From the NCBI GenBank assembly GCA_030141605.1, contig JAQGDQ010000080.1, positions 310,001 through 374,000 on the forward strand: DNA of 64,000 bases, written 5' to 3'. The notes beneath the pieces are model-generated. The model worked only from the letters and a program-made list of their open reading frames with translations. It was not told the origin of the DNA and made no database searches. Positions 40,707 to 53,171 of the stretch are shown piece after piece. Position 1 is the first letter of the stretch. Each line of letters begins with the position of its first letter. The DNA is from Tubiluchus corallicola (Eukaryota > Animalia > Priapulida). The translations under genes and the position numbers were made by a program.

Positions 40707-43700
40707 TTACCAGTCAGCTGAAATTTCAAAGCAAATGCAAGTTGAATTTTAGTTTTAGTATTTACATTTAGTATTCACTTTGAGCAAGCAAATGAAGATC
40801 TAGGTACGCTGTGCTAATGTTGCGATTTGTTCGATCAATGAAGTTAAAATCACACAACAAAAAATAATTGAATAAATAAAAGATCTATGAAGTATCCTTG
40901 CTAAATTTCAGACAGTAAGTGCTCAGTTGATTTGCACTGTTCCAGTGTGTAATGCAATCATGACTTGTGAGTTGAGTTTGCAAGCAAAAATACGATATTG
41001 AGTGCTATAAGGTGCTATTTGTCCCAATGTGCATCACCTCACTTACGGATCAGCAAGAGAGTCTACAAATAAAAACACATTTTATCATATGCACTCGGAC
41101 ACTAAGACAATACAAAGAAATGTAGCTTTTACTTATCAACAAGAAAATACAAAAAATACCTGGTCTGACTAAATAGGAATACACCACTGGCAAATTATCT
41201 ACATTCATTGCAAACAGAAATCCAGCATTGCCATTAGCACCACCCCAATGTGTTGAATAAAGAACCTAAATGAAAAACAGTAACAAAGTCGATATCCGCA
41301 GAAATTAAAAAAAAACTGCTTAACATTCTACTAATTCTAGATAAGAATGAATAAGGTATTAAAAATATTCATTATGTTACTTAACAAATGCAATGGTTAT
41401 TATAGTATCGATAACTAGCACACAGTTTATGCACACACTGTGCAAGAAAAAAACGTGCATTATGAAAGAAAGAATTAAGCAGGTATCAAGTCATAATAGC
41501 ACAAATTTTGTTAAATTTTAGTGATTGTTTGGAGTTACTTAAATCGAACAGCCCAAAGGTGCAAGCTAAAAATCTCATTTAGTTTGCATTAACATCAAAC
41601 ACTAAATCTCTGTAAATTGGGTAATGAGACTATTAAAACAATCTTGTTTTTGTTACAGCATAAATGAAATGGTTAAATGAGAACACATAATCAAATGAAT
41701 CCATTTTAAACATCACAATGTTTATGTAACTGATACACTAAATTTACAATATAAATTATATATTGATTTATTTTAGCACCCATGCTTAATTAAGGGCCTA
41801 TGCGAATAACGCTCAACAAAAAAAATGAAAATGACAGTAAGGGCCACGTGTTTGAACTTCGGGTGCAGGTCGATATACTAATGATTGGCTTGCAAAATAT
41901 TAGATAATTCTGCAGTTATGACAAATTTGTATAGCAAAAATTTAGTTATGAATTTAAATGTAATAAGTAAATTTGAAATTGTAGAAAAAAACTCAAAAAT
42001 TAAATCACAACATACAAAAAATGATGTAAATTGGGAAGACATAGATGGGCTAAGAAATAGATTACAGAAATTAATGAGAAAATGTAGCTATAGCTTCATT
42101 GTTTAATCACCGCATGAACAGAAGACGTACTCGATGGGATAGTTTATTGGTGGAAATAGACTTAAAAGTGGGAGGGGCGTACCAGCGAAAAATTATTAAA
42201 TATTTGCCACAAATAGAAGAATTAATTAAACATTTTCAAATGATTGGTGATTCAGAAAACAAAGGGCCAGATGATGATTTGAAAAGTTTAGAAATCGATG
42301 TAGAGATCTGTGTTTAGATGCACCTTTTAGTGATGAAAATGAAGTGTGGGAAGCAGTGAGTGAAATGAAAAACCAAGGTTATGGACTTACCTCGTGTGGC
42401 GCTAACGTGTGTTAGTGACATAGCGTTACTGTTTCTCGTGATGATCTTAATTGCTACATTTATTGATATCTATCTGTTTAAGAAAATCTTTATTGTTTCC
42501 TATAAAGCATATAACTATAGATGAATTCAAATGATGAAACTGTTGGTTATTTGTATGATAAAATATTAGCAGCTCATTTTTTATTGCGGATGCCTGTATC
42601 TACTGCGTAGTCCACTTACCAAAAATGTCATAGTTGCTTTGATCATGTGTTTATTTTATTTATTAAGTCAGCAATTGAAAAAAGACTAAATGTTATTTTT
42701 AGCTTTTGTTTACTTAGAAAAGGCAATCGATAAAGTACCAGGAATGCTTTATTAAAATGTCTAATAATATTAGGAATTGGTAAAGTGTTTTTAACACTTT
42801 AGTGGAGATGTACTTTTATCACAAATTGCACAGTAAGTTTCATAATGGGGAATGGGGAGTAAGTTTGGGGAAAGTCTCCAAAATATTCTAAATTAAATCT
42901 GGTATAAGACAAGGAGCATCGATATCTGCTGTCTTAATTATAGTGTTCATTGATAAATTGATGAGTATAAATTGATAATAATTCTGAATCAAAAACTAAT
43001 GTTTATAAGATACATTGTGTATTGTATGCGGCAATAGCGTAATATTATCAACTAAAAGAGATATGTTTATCAAAAGAGAACAAAATGAAAGTTAACTGGT
43101 GGTCAAAGTCTGATTTTATAGTATGTAATGGAAAATTTGACAGTGACAAAGACTCCAATGTACTATAATCAGGAATTGTAAAAGTTTAATCAAATGTGTG
43201 ATGTATTTAGGTGTGTTGATTACTGATGAAGGTGATATAGATGGTGATGCTGTTCTAGCGAGCTGGTAGGAAATATGGTAACTAATTTCACCTGAGGCAC
43301 TTGAAGATGTGATGTCACTGGAACAGGTGCAGGAAGTTCACACAAGCTTTTGCCATCTTTTAGGTTCCATACCCTGGTATAACCATCTTTGCCTGCTATA
43401 AAATCAGAGAAAAACTCCAGTACAGTGGGTTAGCATAATAAGGGTCCAACGCATTCTAGCTACTTTGATAAAATCCCCCAAAAAAATTTTCAAGCAATTT
43501 TGAATGATGCTTGCATTGTATTAATCAAAGAAAAGCTCTGATCACTGTTAATATAAAAACATAGTGTATAACCAGCTGTCATATGGCTTTTATAATAAAT
43601 GTTTCCTAACTAGAGTGGAATTAATTATTTTTCAAATGAAACCTTTTTGCATAACACATTTATTAGTGTTACTCAGATTCTATTTGCATAATACCTTCTT

Positions 43701-46700
43701 ATTGCACAGCACTACCTTACCGATCTACGTTCTACTGGCCTTTTATTATTTTCTTACAGGCCTATAGATTAAAAAGACTATTTTTATTTTTACTTCTATA
43801 ATGTTATTAATGATTTATAATGCTTATTTTTGTCAAATGTTAGGGAATAGCATTATTTTTAGGATAATGCTCTACTGAGATGCAGAGACCTATTAACTTT
43901 GTAAAAATAATTATAATGAAACTTTTTAGTTAGTATAGTAAGTAGCAAGTAACAATAGCTGCTTCATACATGTCACTTATTTCCTCATTTTCTCATTATA
44001 GACTTCAATTTTCATTAAATGACATCTTTTTGTGTGAAAAACCATCATAGAGTGTGACTTCTTTTTACACAATGCTTTCATTACCATATACTTAATGGAA
44101 CAGCTCCTTTTCATATGCCTTTTTAGCGTCACCTTTGGAAAATGCTTTATAAAGCCTTTTCTTTAAGTATTTTTATCTACCACTTACTGGGAATATAGAG
44201 CTTGACAGAATGCATTAAACAATAATTCAAAATAGATAAAATTTCACAATACACACATTGCACTAACCCTAGCCACAGATACAAAGAACACCAAATATTA
44301 CACAGATCGGCAGCGTGAGTTAAGCCTCGCCTATGCTATTCATGCATAAAATTTATTAGCTGCGCTAGTCAAATTTTCCTTAATAAAGTTATTAAATTTA
44401 TACCAGCATATATTATGTTGGCTTCTTCATTAATGTGGAAGGGGTAGCAGTGGTGATCATTTTTATGCCCATAAATAGGATGAACAGCTTTTCTCATTCG
44501 GAGATCCCAAAGTAGTAACTGTAAAATAAAGATTTTAATCAATTTTGTTTTCATCTAGGAATATGACATGTTTATTCTCACTCAGTCAATAGATGTCGGT
44601 TATGATGATGTTACATCAATGTGCTAAATTCTACTAAGATAAATACAAGAATATAAGCAAAAATAAATAAATTTTCCAGTGCAGGTTGGTTAGTTAAAAG
44701 CAGCTATGTATTCTTACTCGACCATCTATATCCCCAGACAAAAGGTAATTTTCATCGCTTAGTAGTCTCATACATGAAAGACAAGATTCAGCATCCCTGA
44801 ATTTGCGTAAAGAAAACAGAGGTTGACGTAAATCATCAAGTGTGTTCGTGCAAATAATTCGACCATCCTTCAGTCCATGAAACAATAACTTTCCATCCTG
44901 TAATGAACAAAAAATACAACTCTGCTACTTTTGTATAATATGTTTGTAACATATGGTGTTTGCAAATTTTTGTTCTGCAATAACTCTTAAATGCATTTTA
45001 CAATAGAAATGAGTCTGTTCCAGGCTGGATACAGAATGTCTCACCAGTCCAAATAAGCATCACATAAAAGACGTCTTGCAGAACAAGAAGACAGTGCCAA
45101 GTTCTGCTAATGATACTATAATACATGACAACTTGCATATTCAATAACATTTGGACAAAGTAGGCCATCTTATAAAATAAATTAATTTTGCTGTCTCTTA
45201 TTTGCTAGAACTATAGAACTCAGCAATGCAGTAAAACTTAACTGGTCCTTATATACTCACTTAAAATCACTCCTACTCGATCTGATGTGACAAAATGAAG
45301 AGGGATGCAGGACTTATCTAAAGAGAGAAAGGTGTGGACTTTTACTACTCATTTTTATAGTCTTCTGGACGTATTTTGCAAGCATGAGATCCGTACCAAT
45401 TTTTTCTGTTTCTAACATCAAGGACTAATTAGTGAGTTCATAACAACTGTGGATAAATTATAAAGGTATTATTTGAGGTTTACACATGCTTTTATAAGTC
45501 AAATTGTATTATCTCGATTGGACTGTAATAATTTTACTGCAATATTTAATATTAAGCTAAAGCCCTACCTGACTGAAAAGCTGTGTAAGGACCGATCTTC
45601 CTCTTAAAGCTTCAACTTTCCACTTTTTGTTATTAATGACATCATAAATATCCACAGGATTTTTCATTGTAGTTTCCCATGCTGCAGCAATCAGTGGTCG
45701 GCCTCCTCTCCAAATTCCGGTCAATGACTGTATGAAAGCACGTACACTGACAGAACTTGTCCAGTCCAATTTATCTCGGCTTTGTGTAGTGAAATCCCAA
45801 AGGCTAAGATTCGTCGTCAAACAAGATTTAGCTGTCCATGCATATGTCACATAACTAGGCCCAAAAGGAGAATCAGATACACTCAGAAAATGCAGTTGAG
45901 AAATCCATATACCTCTAGCCCAAGCAAAAATATCAACACCTGGATTTTCTAGTAACAGCCAATTTTTAGGACTCAAATCATAATAAGAAAATAATAATGG
46001 GTTGTTAAAAGCAACTGCGAGTTTATTATCATCGGGACTTACAGCTATTTTATACAGTTCACATAAACCATAGATATCCAATAATGGTGATTTCACTTTT
46101 CTTGTCACTTTATCTGGTGGACTAAGAAGACCTAAACATGACTTATGCACAAGTGTTGTAAAACTCTGTACTGCTAGACTGCCAAAGCGATTGTTCAAAT
46201 GCAAACATGTTATGTTTTTATTGAATTTCTCCAGTCTATTACTAAAATTACATTTCAAGTGATGACTAGATTCATCTTTATAAAAATTGGCCGTTTGTAG
46301 AGCTTTTTGTCGTTTTCTTTCTTCTTCCTTTTCTTTGATGGACTGAAATGTTAGAGGGTTATAATTGTTATGACCAGATTCTATTCTGAAGTATCGTCTG
46401 CGAGCTGTGTCAAAGTAGAAACCAGGTAAATCTAAAACAAACAAAAGCATTGCATTTATCACATAAGGCTATAAGAGAGTTTGCAGCGTGATTGATAATT
46501 ATAAATTTCTGATGACATGATATGACTGACACGATATGACGGTATGATAATTTGATTTCATATACCACAATTTGATTTGACAATTTAATATTATATAAAG
46601 TAAACAATTCCTGAATATAATTCATGTAGTAATTTAGGTAATTATTTTAGAAAATTTACAAATTTTTGTAAAATGAAGTTCTGGCTAAATTAGGTACTGA

Positions 46701-46829
46701 GCCGAGGTATTTAAAGGCCTGATTTTGTATTTACTTTATTTGTTTAACTTTAGGCTGCTTGCAAAATTGTTCAAAAGTTTTACCAGATGAGAATGTATGT
46801 GCGGAACTGCTGGCCAAATTCTGAGACAT
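40707..46829 (-). CDS. DCAF4: DDB1- and CUL4-associated factor 4 (WDR21)-like WD40 protein, ~474 aa
   Basis: Exons 46829-46784, 46431-45569, 44897-44718, 44518-44404, 43395-43292, 41265-41160, and a tentative 40717-40707. Hallmark LPGFYFD..RRYFRI..GHNNYNPLT, LLLWDLR (DWD-like), AGKDGYTRVWNL, WGGANGNAGFLFA. The last mini-exon is uncertain. Confidence 0.88.
41790..43255 (+). mobile_element. Decayed LINE RT fragment in DCAF4 intron (antisense)
   Basis: Frameshifted remnants FVYLEKAIDKVP (~42705), GIRQGASISAVL (~42900) and YLGVLIT (~43205) are RT domain motifs. Confidence 0.7.
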
Positions 46830-47831
46830 CACTGGTTCAGCACTGAATATGACTAGAAATCTTAAAGCTGAAAAAATAAATGACAGTGAAAATTTTCCAT
46901 GTAAAAGCTCTGCTTGTTATTACAGTATGCACCATTTATTAAACTCAAGGTTAATAGAATCAATCGCTTAATTGACTCAAAAATACCTGCTCCTATTCAA
47001 ATGTATATAAAAAGCGCCCGCAATTGACCCTCATAACTACTCATAATTGACTCAATATGTTTTTAACTACCTAGATGGCAGAGAAAAAAATCACTCCATA
47101 GGATCTCTAACTTAACTTATGCACTGTCTCCATGGTGTTGCTAGAAGCAACAGCAGGACATTGCACTCAGCAGGCTGCATATTATGCACACCATGGCAAC
47201 CCAGTATTGTTCCAGCTAAGCTGCGGCTTGCTGCTGAGGGAATCTTTACACAATTTTTTTTTACAAATATCAATGCATAGAAAGTTCATTTTTAACTTTT
47301 GCATGAATACCATATTCTGGTTGGATATTTCATTAGATATGGATGTTGGATATGTACAAAATAGCATAAAAAGATTACTAAATTTACTCAACACACAAAA
47401 CCCAAAAAATCCTGACAGAAAATGTAATCATTACAAAGCTTAAGAACCCCTGTTAAAAGATATATTGGCTTTTCTTGCCTGAAAATACTCTTTGTAATAC
47501 TGAATAATGAAACTAATGAATACAGTGTAAAAAGTGAAATTTCTTAAGAAGGCCAGCAAGTCAATCAAATGCAACAGTGAATCTTGTAATTGCACTATTT
47601 GCAGTTTTATGTTGATGTCAAATATCTTTATAATTGCAATTTTAAACAAACTTCATTTAAAAAAAGCTAATAGGTATACACAGACCAGTCAACTCCAATC
47701 ATTTTCCACAATGCACTCAAATCACTATACTGGAAACATTAGTCAAAATTTTTTACCTCCTACTCTGACCAGTGTCTGCAATTTGCAGCTTAGGAATCTC
47801 AAAAACAGTTGTCAGGCTACAAAAAACTTCA

Positions 47832-48899
47832 TCAGTCTTTTTTAACAGCAACATTTAAAGCTTGTGAAATGTTTTTAACATGTTCCATAACTTTTTTAAA
47901 TTCAAAGTTAGCTATTCGTCTACCACACTTTTGAGTAAACTTGTCTGGATGCCAGCAAACCTGCTGCTCTCTAAGATAGTTCTTCTTGAGCTCGAGAGAA
48001 TCAATATTACATGTAAGAATTTCACTAATCTTATTCAGTTCACTACTATCCTGTAAAGGCAAGTCTTTTATGGTCACATTTGCATTTGAGTTAGGATCAA
48101 ATACTTTAGCACAGGCAGATGTGTATTGTAATTTCTTGCTTAATAAGCAATTTCTTTTTCTTAATAAAGTCATTCTTAACTGATACTCATCATGTTCTTT
48201 CTTCGACCTCGTCTGAAATTTCTCATAATTTTTTGTTTTTGCCTTCTTTGCTTCGAATTCACTTTCATCGTATTCAAATTTTCTTTTCTGACTATGTTTC
48301 TCACAATATTCATGACATATTCTATCTGCCCATTCGTCGTAAGTTTCAGCTGTGGATCCAGTGTTACCATGGAAATACTCATGAAAACAACTGCCCATTA
48401 TTTCACTGCTTTCATATGTTGCTTCACTCCACAGTTTTTCATGCCAGTTAGCATCAAAACCATCTGCAGTAGGAACTCTACAGGCACTGCTATCATAACT
48501 TCCTTCAAAAATTTTATTTCCAAATGGTTTGATCAACTGTCGTGGCGTTTCCCCATCATTATTTACACAATCAAGTAAATCTCTCGAAGCTATGAGCAGC
48601 AGCTTTACAACAGGAATGCCATTACTACTGGAATTTCCACCCAAGTTAGCTAAGTATTTTAAAGCTAAATGAAGGGCTATATTATGATTAGTATCACATT
48701 TGCTTGGATCTACGCCCACACTCAAAAAATACTCAGTACAATATTCACTGCCAGATCTTGCAGCTACATGCAGAACTGTTTCCTTGAATTTAAAACGCGC
48801 TGTGGGTAAATCTATTTTGTGTTTGGCAATATGTTGTTTCACTTTACAAAACTCGTCAGATTCGATGTATTTTTGTAGTTTTTTAAGCACTGACCTCAT
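47832..48899 (-). CDS. NFKBIL1: NF-kappa-B inhibitor-like protein 1 (ankyrin repeats + C-terminal WHPDKF domain), intronless CDS
   Basis: 355-aa ORF with ankyrin motifs ETVLHVAARSG, NIALHLAL, NNDGETP, then WHEKL..E, ETYDEWADRI..EY and YLREQQVCWHPDKFTQKCG..V..ISQALN. Confidence 0.9.
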   Translation of the reverse strand: MRSVLKKLQKYIESDEFCKVKQHIAKHKIDLPTARFKFKETVLHVAARSGSEYCTEYFLSVGVDPSKCDTNHNIALHLALKYLANLGGNSSSNGIPVVKLLLIASRDLLDCVNNDGETPRQLIKPFGNKIFEGSYDSSACRVPTADGFDANWHEKLWSEATYESSEIMGSCFHEYFHGNTGSTAETYDEWADRICHEYCEKHSQKRKFEYDESEFEAKKAKTKNYEKFQTRSKKEHDEYQLRMTLLRKRNCLLSKKLQYTSACAKVFDPNSNANVTIKDLPLQDSSELNKISEILTCNIDSLELKKNYLREQQVCWHPDKFTQKCGRRIANFEFKKVMEHVKNISQALNVAVKKD

Positions 48900-48947
48900 G
48901 TCTATGAATCAATATTAAAGTCAAAATTAGACGACCCTTTTTCAACA

Positions 48948-49097
48948 TGGGAACCATACAGAGGTAATAACAGTTTGGAACTTGAGCGAGTGCAGTGTAG
49001 ATTAGCAGAATTTGAGTGTAATATATATAATAGAGATGCTAGCGTAACATCTACGTTAGGTTCTCTCGAGTGGCCAAGCTTAGAACAGCGACGTACT
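48948..49097 (+). mobile_element. Short CR1-like LINE fragment upstream of NFKBIL1
   Basis: Translates WEPY..LERVQCRLAEF..Y..SVTSTLGSLEWPSLEQRR, the conserved post-RT region of CR1/L2-type LINEs. Confidence 0.75.
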
Positions 49098-49619
49098 TAA
49101 AAAATGACTCAAATCACAAAACTCACAGAGGAAAAATGTCGCGGAAACGCGGAAAATCTTTACTTATTTGGTTCGGATAACTTTTATTTTTGTACTACAT
49201 TTGTTGCCAAAGAGCTACGATGTAGTAGTAAAAATTTTATTTGTTGTCGAAATATTTCGAAACACAACGTTAGCTGATGGTTATTTTCTGGCTGATAAAA
49301 AATAAAACGAAATAAAAAAAATATTGCTGCAGAGTTTCATTAACCTTTGGTAATCCTAAAAATGACACACAATCACAACTCAAGAAAAAAGTCGCGGAAA
49401 CTCGGAAAATCTTTACTTTGGGTGTACAATATATCCTGCAGGGATCATTTTTGTATGTTCAAATTCATTTGGAATGCTCGATGCTCACCTCTACTGTATG
49501 TATAAAAAGTTATCGGATTCTAACCTCTTCAACTATATGTACACTCTCTATATACTTACATAATTACATGCTCTATACATATATACGTATGCCTTCTCTA
49601 TATGATAGTATAACAGGAT

Positions 49620-49882
49620 TATAACGTTTGAAGCATCATACAATCAGCACAATTTAACTGTGATTTGTGTGTGCAATTTTTAAACAAATTATTAGAGTCT
49701 TTACAGCAGAACACAGTCAAGTAATATTTATGATCTTTGCGAAACTGTTATGATTCAAAAATCTTTAAAACTGAATTCGAATTCGATTCAGATTCAAAAT
49801 CTTTAAATTCGAATGGATTCGAGTTTAAGTCACAAATTCGATTCGAATTCGCTTTCTGATAAAGAATTCATGTTCACTCCTA
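49620..49882. mobile_element. hAT-like MITE family A, partial copy 3
   Basis: Shares tttgaagcatcatacaa...gcaattttttaaacaaattatta and the gaattcgattc arrays with copies 1 and 2. Ends atgttcactccta, a decayed TIR. Confidence 0.7.
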
Positions 49883-51449
49883 ATATACAGCTACTATAAA
49901 GACATGTAAAATATCTTAATTATTTTTTAAAAAAAACTTTATTAGCACCAACTCACAAGCCCATAATAATTATACAGCTATGCAGATGCATAAAAAATTT
50001 AAAAAAGTTGCTCAGTTGATCACTTTTTGATTTAATTGCATTTGAGCGGCTCCTACCGTATTTTTCATTTTACAATACGTTAATTAATATCAGTAAGTCA
50101 ATTATTTAACAAAAAGTCGCTATCTAATTTATTAATAACTTAACTTTGTATATCAAACAGCAACATGTTTATGACAACGTTTTAAATATATGAGTATAAC
50201 GGCCATAACTATTGTAGCATTGATTACGATAAGCATATGTAGCATAAGTTTAGCTAATTGTAGGAGAACAGGTACGCTATGCTCTGCACGATCACGTAAT
50301 CACTTTTTGTTATACTTAAATTAAGTATAGTACAGTTTGAAAACTCTTTATCTCACTAAAGACGAAGATGAAATTATTGTATTCCTAATTTAGCATTGTG
50401 TCTTTAGGAGAATTTAATTAGTATAACATAACATAATTTATTAAAATATATTAGTATCAGCTATATAAATTATATACATACATACAAATACATGTATGCA
50501 AATGTATATAGTATTTGCCTTTCAGTAGCAACGTAACGTAGGCTAACATTTACGAATTCACGAAACCAATGCAGAGTTTAACTTAAACCTCTACATATCG
50601 CTTACTTTGGGACTGCAAGAAAAATTGGTATTAACTGAGTTTGGCTTTATAATGAGGTAAAAAAATTTTATATCGCAAAAACGTTATAACTTCACAAGAA
50701 TGTAACATATTCACATACACACATTCATACACGTCCATACACACATATCATGGCAAAAGTGGCACAGAAAAATGGTAGAAATGAAAAAACACGAAAAAAT
50801 GGCACACTGATAAAATATGAGTTTAGAGTTAGGTTACCGTGGGGATAATTATTTTAGTTATGCTCCAACGTTGTTTGTTTGTTTGTTTATAGCAGTAAGC
50901 GCATTACACAAAATCTGTGAATCTTTGTGAAAACTACCCAAATGGGCATTTTTTGACCGTTCTATTTTCACAAAACTTGACAAACTACCAAGTACAAAAA
51001 AAAATTGTTAAGCACTTCTAAGAAGTATCAGATGGAGAGCCATAGCACTTTGGAAAAAGGAGGGCTTGGCTACAAGATAGGGTAATTAATTCTTTTTATT
51101 ATCTCAACCGAGCTAATTCCAGAAATTCTCATCTGGAAAACTATGTGATTATACATGTATGTATATAGCCTTATAAGCTGACTTCGTATGTAAATATGTA
51201 TATCAGTCAGTCTATTATACCATTGTCAAAGGCTAAAGAAATGTAGATGAACACTATGTGGAATATAATTATAATTCCATTCAATGAACAAAACATTTTG
51301 AGTCTTTTGCAATGCCATTTTTACTTACACATACAAATGTGGCAGTATCAATGCAAGTGTATATCATTTATAAAAAATATATACAGATTTTAAACACACG
51401 CATATGCACATGTACACACACACACACATACATCAATTGACATAAAACA

Positions 51450-51935
51450 GGTGCCGAAGTTTTGGTCATGGTGTTACAAGATGACAATAACGGAGTCACT
51501 AGAAAGTTATCATACCGATGTTACAGACACTTCTGTATAATTACCAAAAATTTTAGGTCATTATTCTAGATATTCCCAACTTTTCAACCAGTAAGTCAAA
51601 AAATGAATGCCAGAAAAAATTTTGTATGTCACTATCGTATGTTGTTGTATTCATATATCCTCTCTTTAATGTAATTCCAGACATAATAGTCCAGAGGATT
51701 AAATCCCTTTTTTCTTGGCGACAAATTTTTATCAATGCTTTATTTTCTGTGGTGAAGACCATGATGTAAACTATTTGATTCCTGTATTATTTTGCTGCCA
51801 TGTATTGAGTGCCTTATTTGGCTGTTTTTCAATTGATGATTAGCTGACATTGTTCTTAGCTTTTTGGCCATAACTTAACAACTACTAAAGCTATAAACTT
51901 ATAACACTCTCAGCCAAAAGTCATTTGAACATTGA
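51450..51935 (-). mobile_element. Internally deleted Tc1/mariner-like element, copy 1
   Basis: Two blocks match the reverse complement of 60295-60385 and 60480-60580. Remnant start MVFTTENKALI and an LNPLDY-like motif. Confidence 0.6.
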
Positions 51936-53171
51936 AGGGTACTACTACCTTCTAATGTTATTGTATGCTAAGTTTTTTCTGTACCACCCAATATTATTTT
52001 TTTGCAGTACTTTTGCAAAAGGACACTCATTCGAATTCTTTATACAACCACATTGTCATTAAAAATATACTTCAATATGAACAATACAGATTCCAAAAAA
52101 ACTGTTTAGAGATTCTACATCTTTACTGGTACTGTTTTCTTCTTAAAAGCACACGTACCAACTTCCTTTAGTTAAATAATAATTTTAGTAGATAGCAACA
52201 CTACACTATTAACAATTAGTTAATACTGTTGGCATAATGTTGCCATAGGAGGGGGAAGGCCTTTGAAATGGACCCTTTCAAGCCTCAAGTAGTTAAGCCC
52301 TTACAACTTGCGAAAGGACCTATATCCTAGGACTTCACTGGTACTGGTACTCTTCAAGAAAGCTATGTTTCTGTAGTTGATCGAATACCGTGTTTATTAT
52401 CATAAAAGAGTCACTTAATGTTAAAAGAACTATATATTAGTTAAACTATAGTGCTACCAATAATTTTGCTCAGTTTTGATAGGTTTGCTTATACTGTAAT
52501 TGTAGCTTTGTAACATACATGTTTAACTGTTCTTAACAACAATTTTAGTTACTCATCATTAATTAATTTACATTATTTACTTTAATTTAAAGTTATGTAA
52601 AATTATTCTAAAAATGACTGCTGAAAACACTGTGCTGTTTATACTTAAAAACTGAATTGAGATTTAAGTTACAAAGTGTAATACTGGCACTAAAAGAGTA
52701 GCATCTATATCAATGTAAACTAGTTATTGGGCAAAGCCTTTAGTGTTTTCTTTTAGTTATATGCAACATTGCCAGCTTTTTTTTGCATTGTTAGTGAGTT
52801 TTAACTATATAGTTTTTTATAGCAAAAACACATTGCTATGAATAAATAGGCTCATTGACACCCATTGATCTTCAGAAGAAACCATTTTTGCATCGTTGAT
52901 TTGAACTGGAATAGTTAGCTGTATACTGTACATGCATTAATAAGCATGCCATCAGCACCTCAGAAACGGAAAAAATACATGAAATATTTTTACTTTACAG
53001 TGACTTAACTGTTATAATACTGATGTTTCCTGATTATGTGACAAATTGTGAAGTTACATTACATTCAGCAACTTCAGACATGATTTTGACATCTAATCCA
53101 TAGGCTACAAAAAAATAATTCATCTGACATAACATCGTTAGCATGCTGCACTTGTTCAAATACATAAAAAA

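Noticed and set aside
47986-48918. Several plus-strand ORFs overlapping NFKBIL1 (and 54162-54344 over the SDR)
   Set aside because: Antisense shadows of real coding sequence with no motifs.
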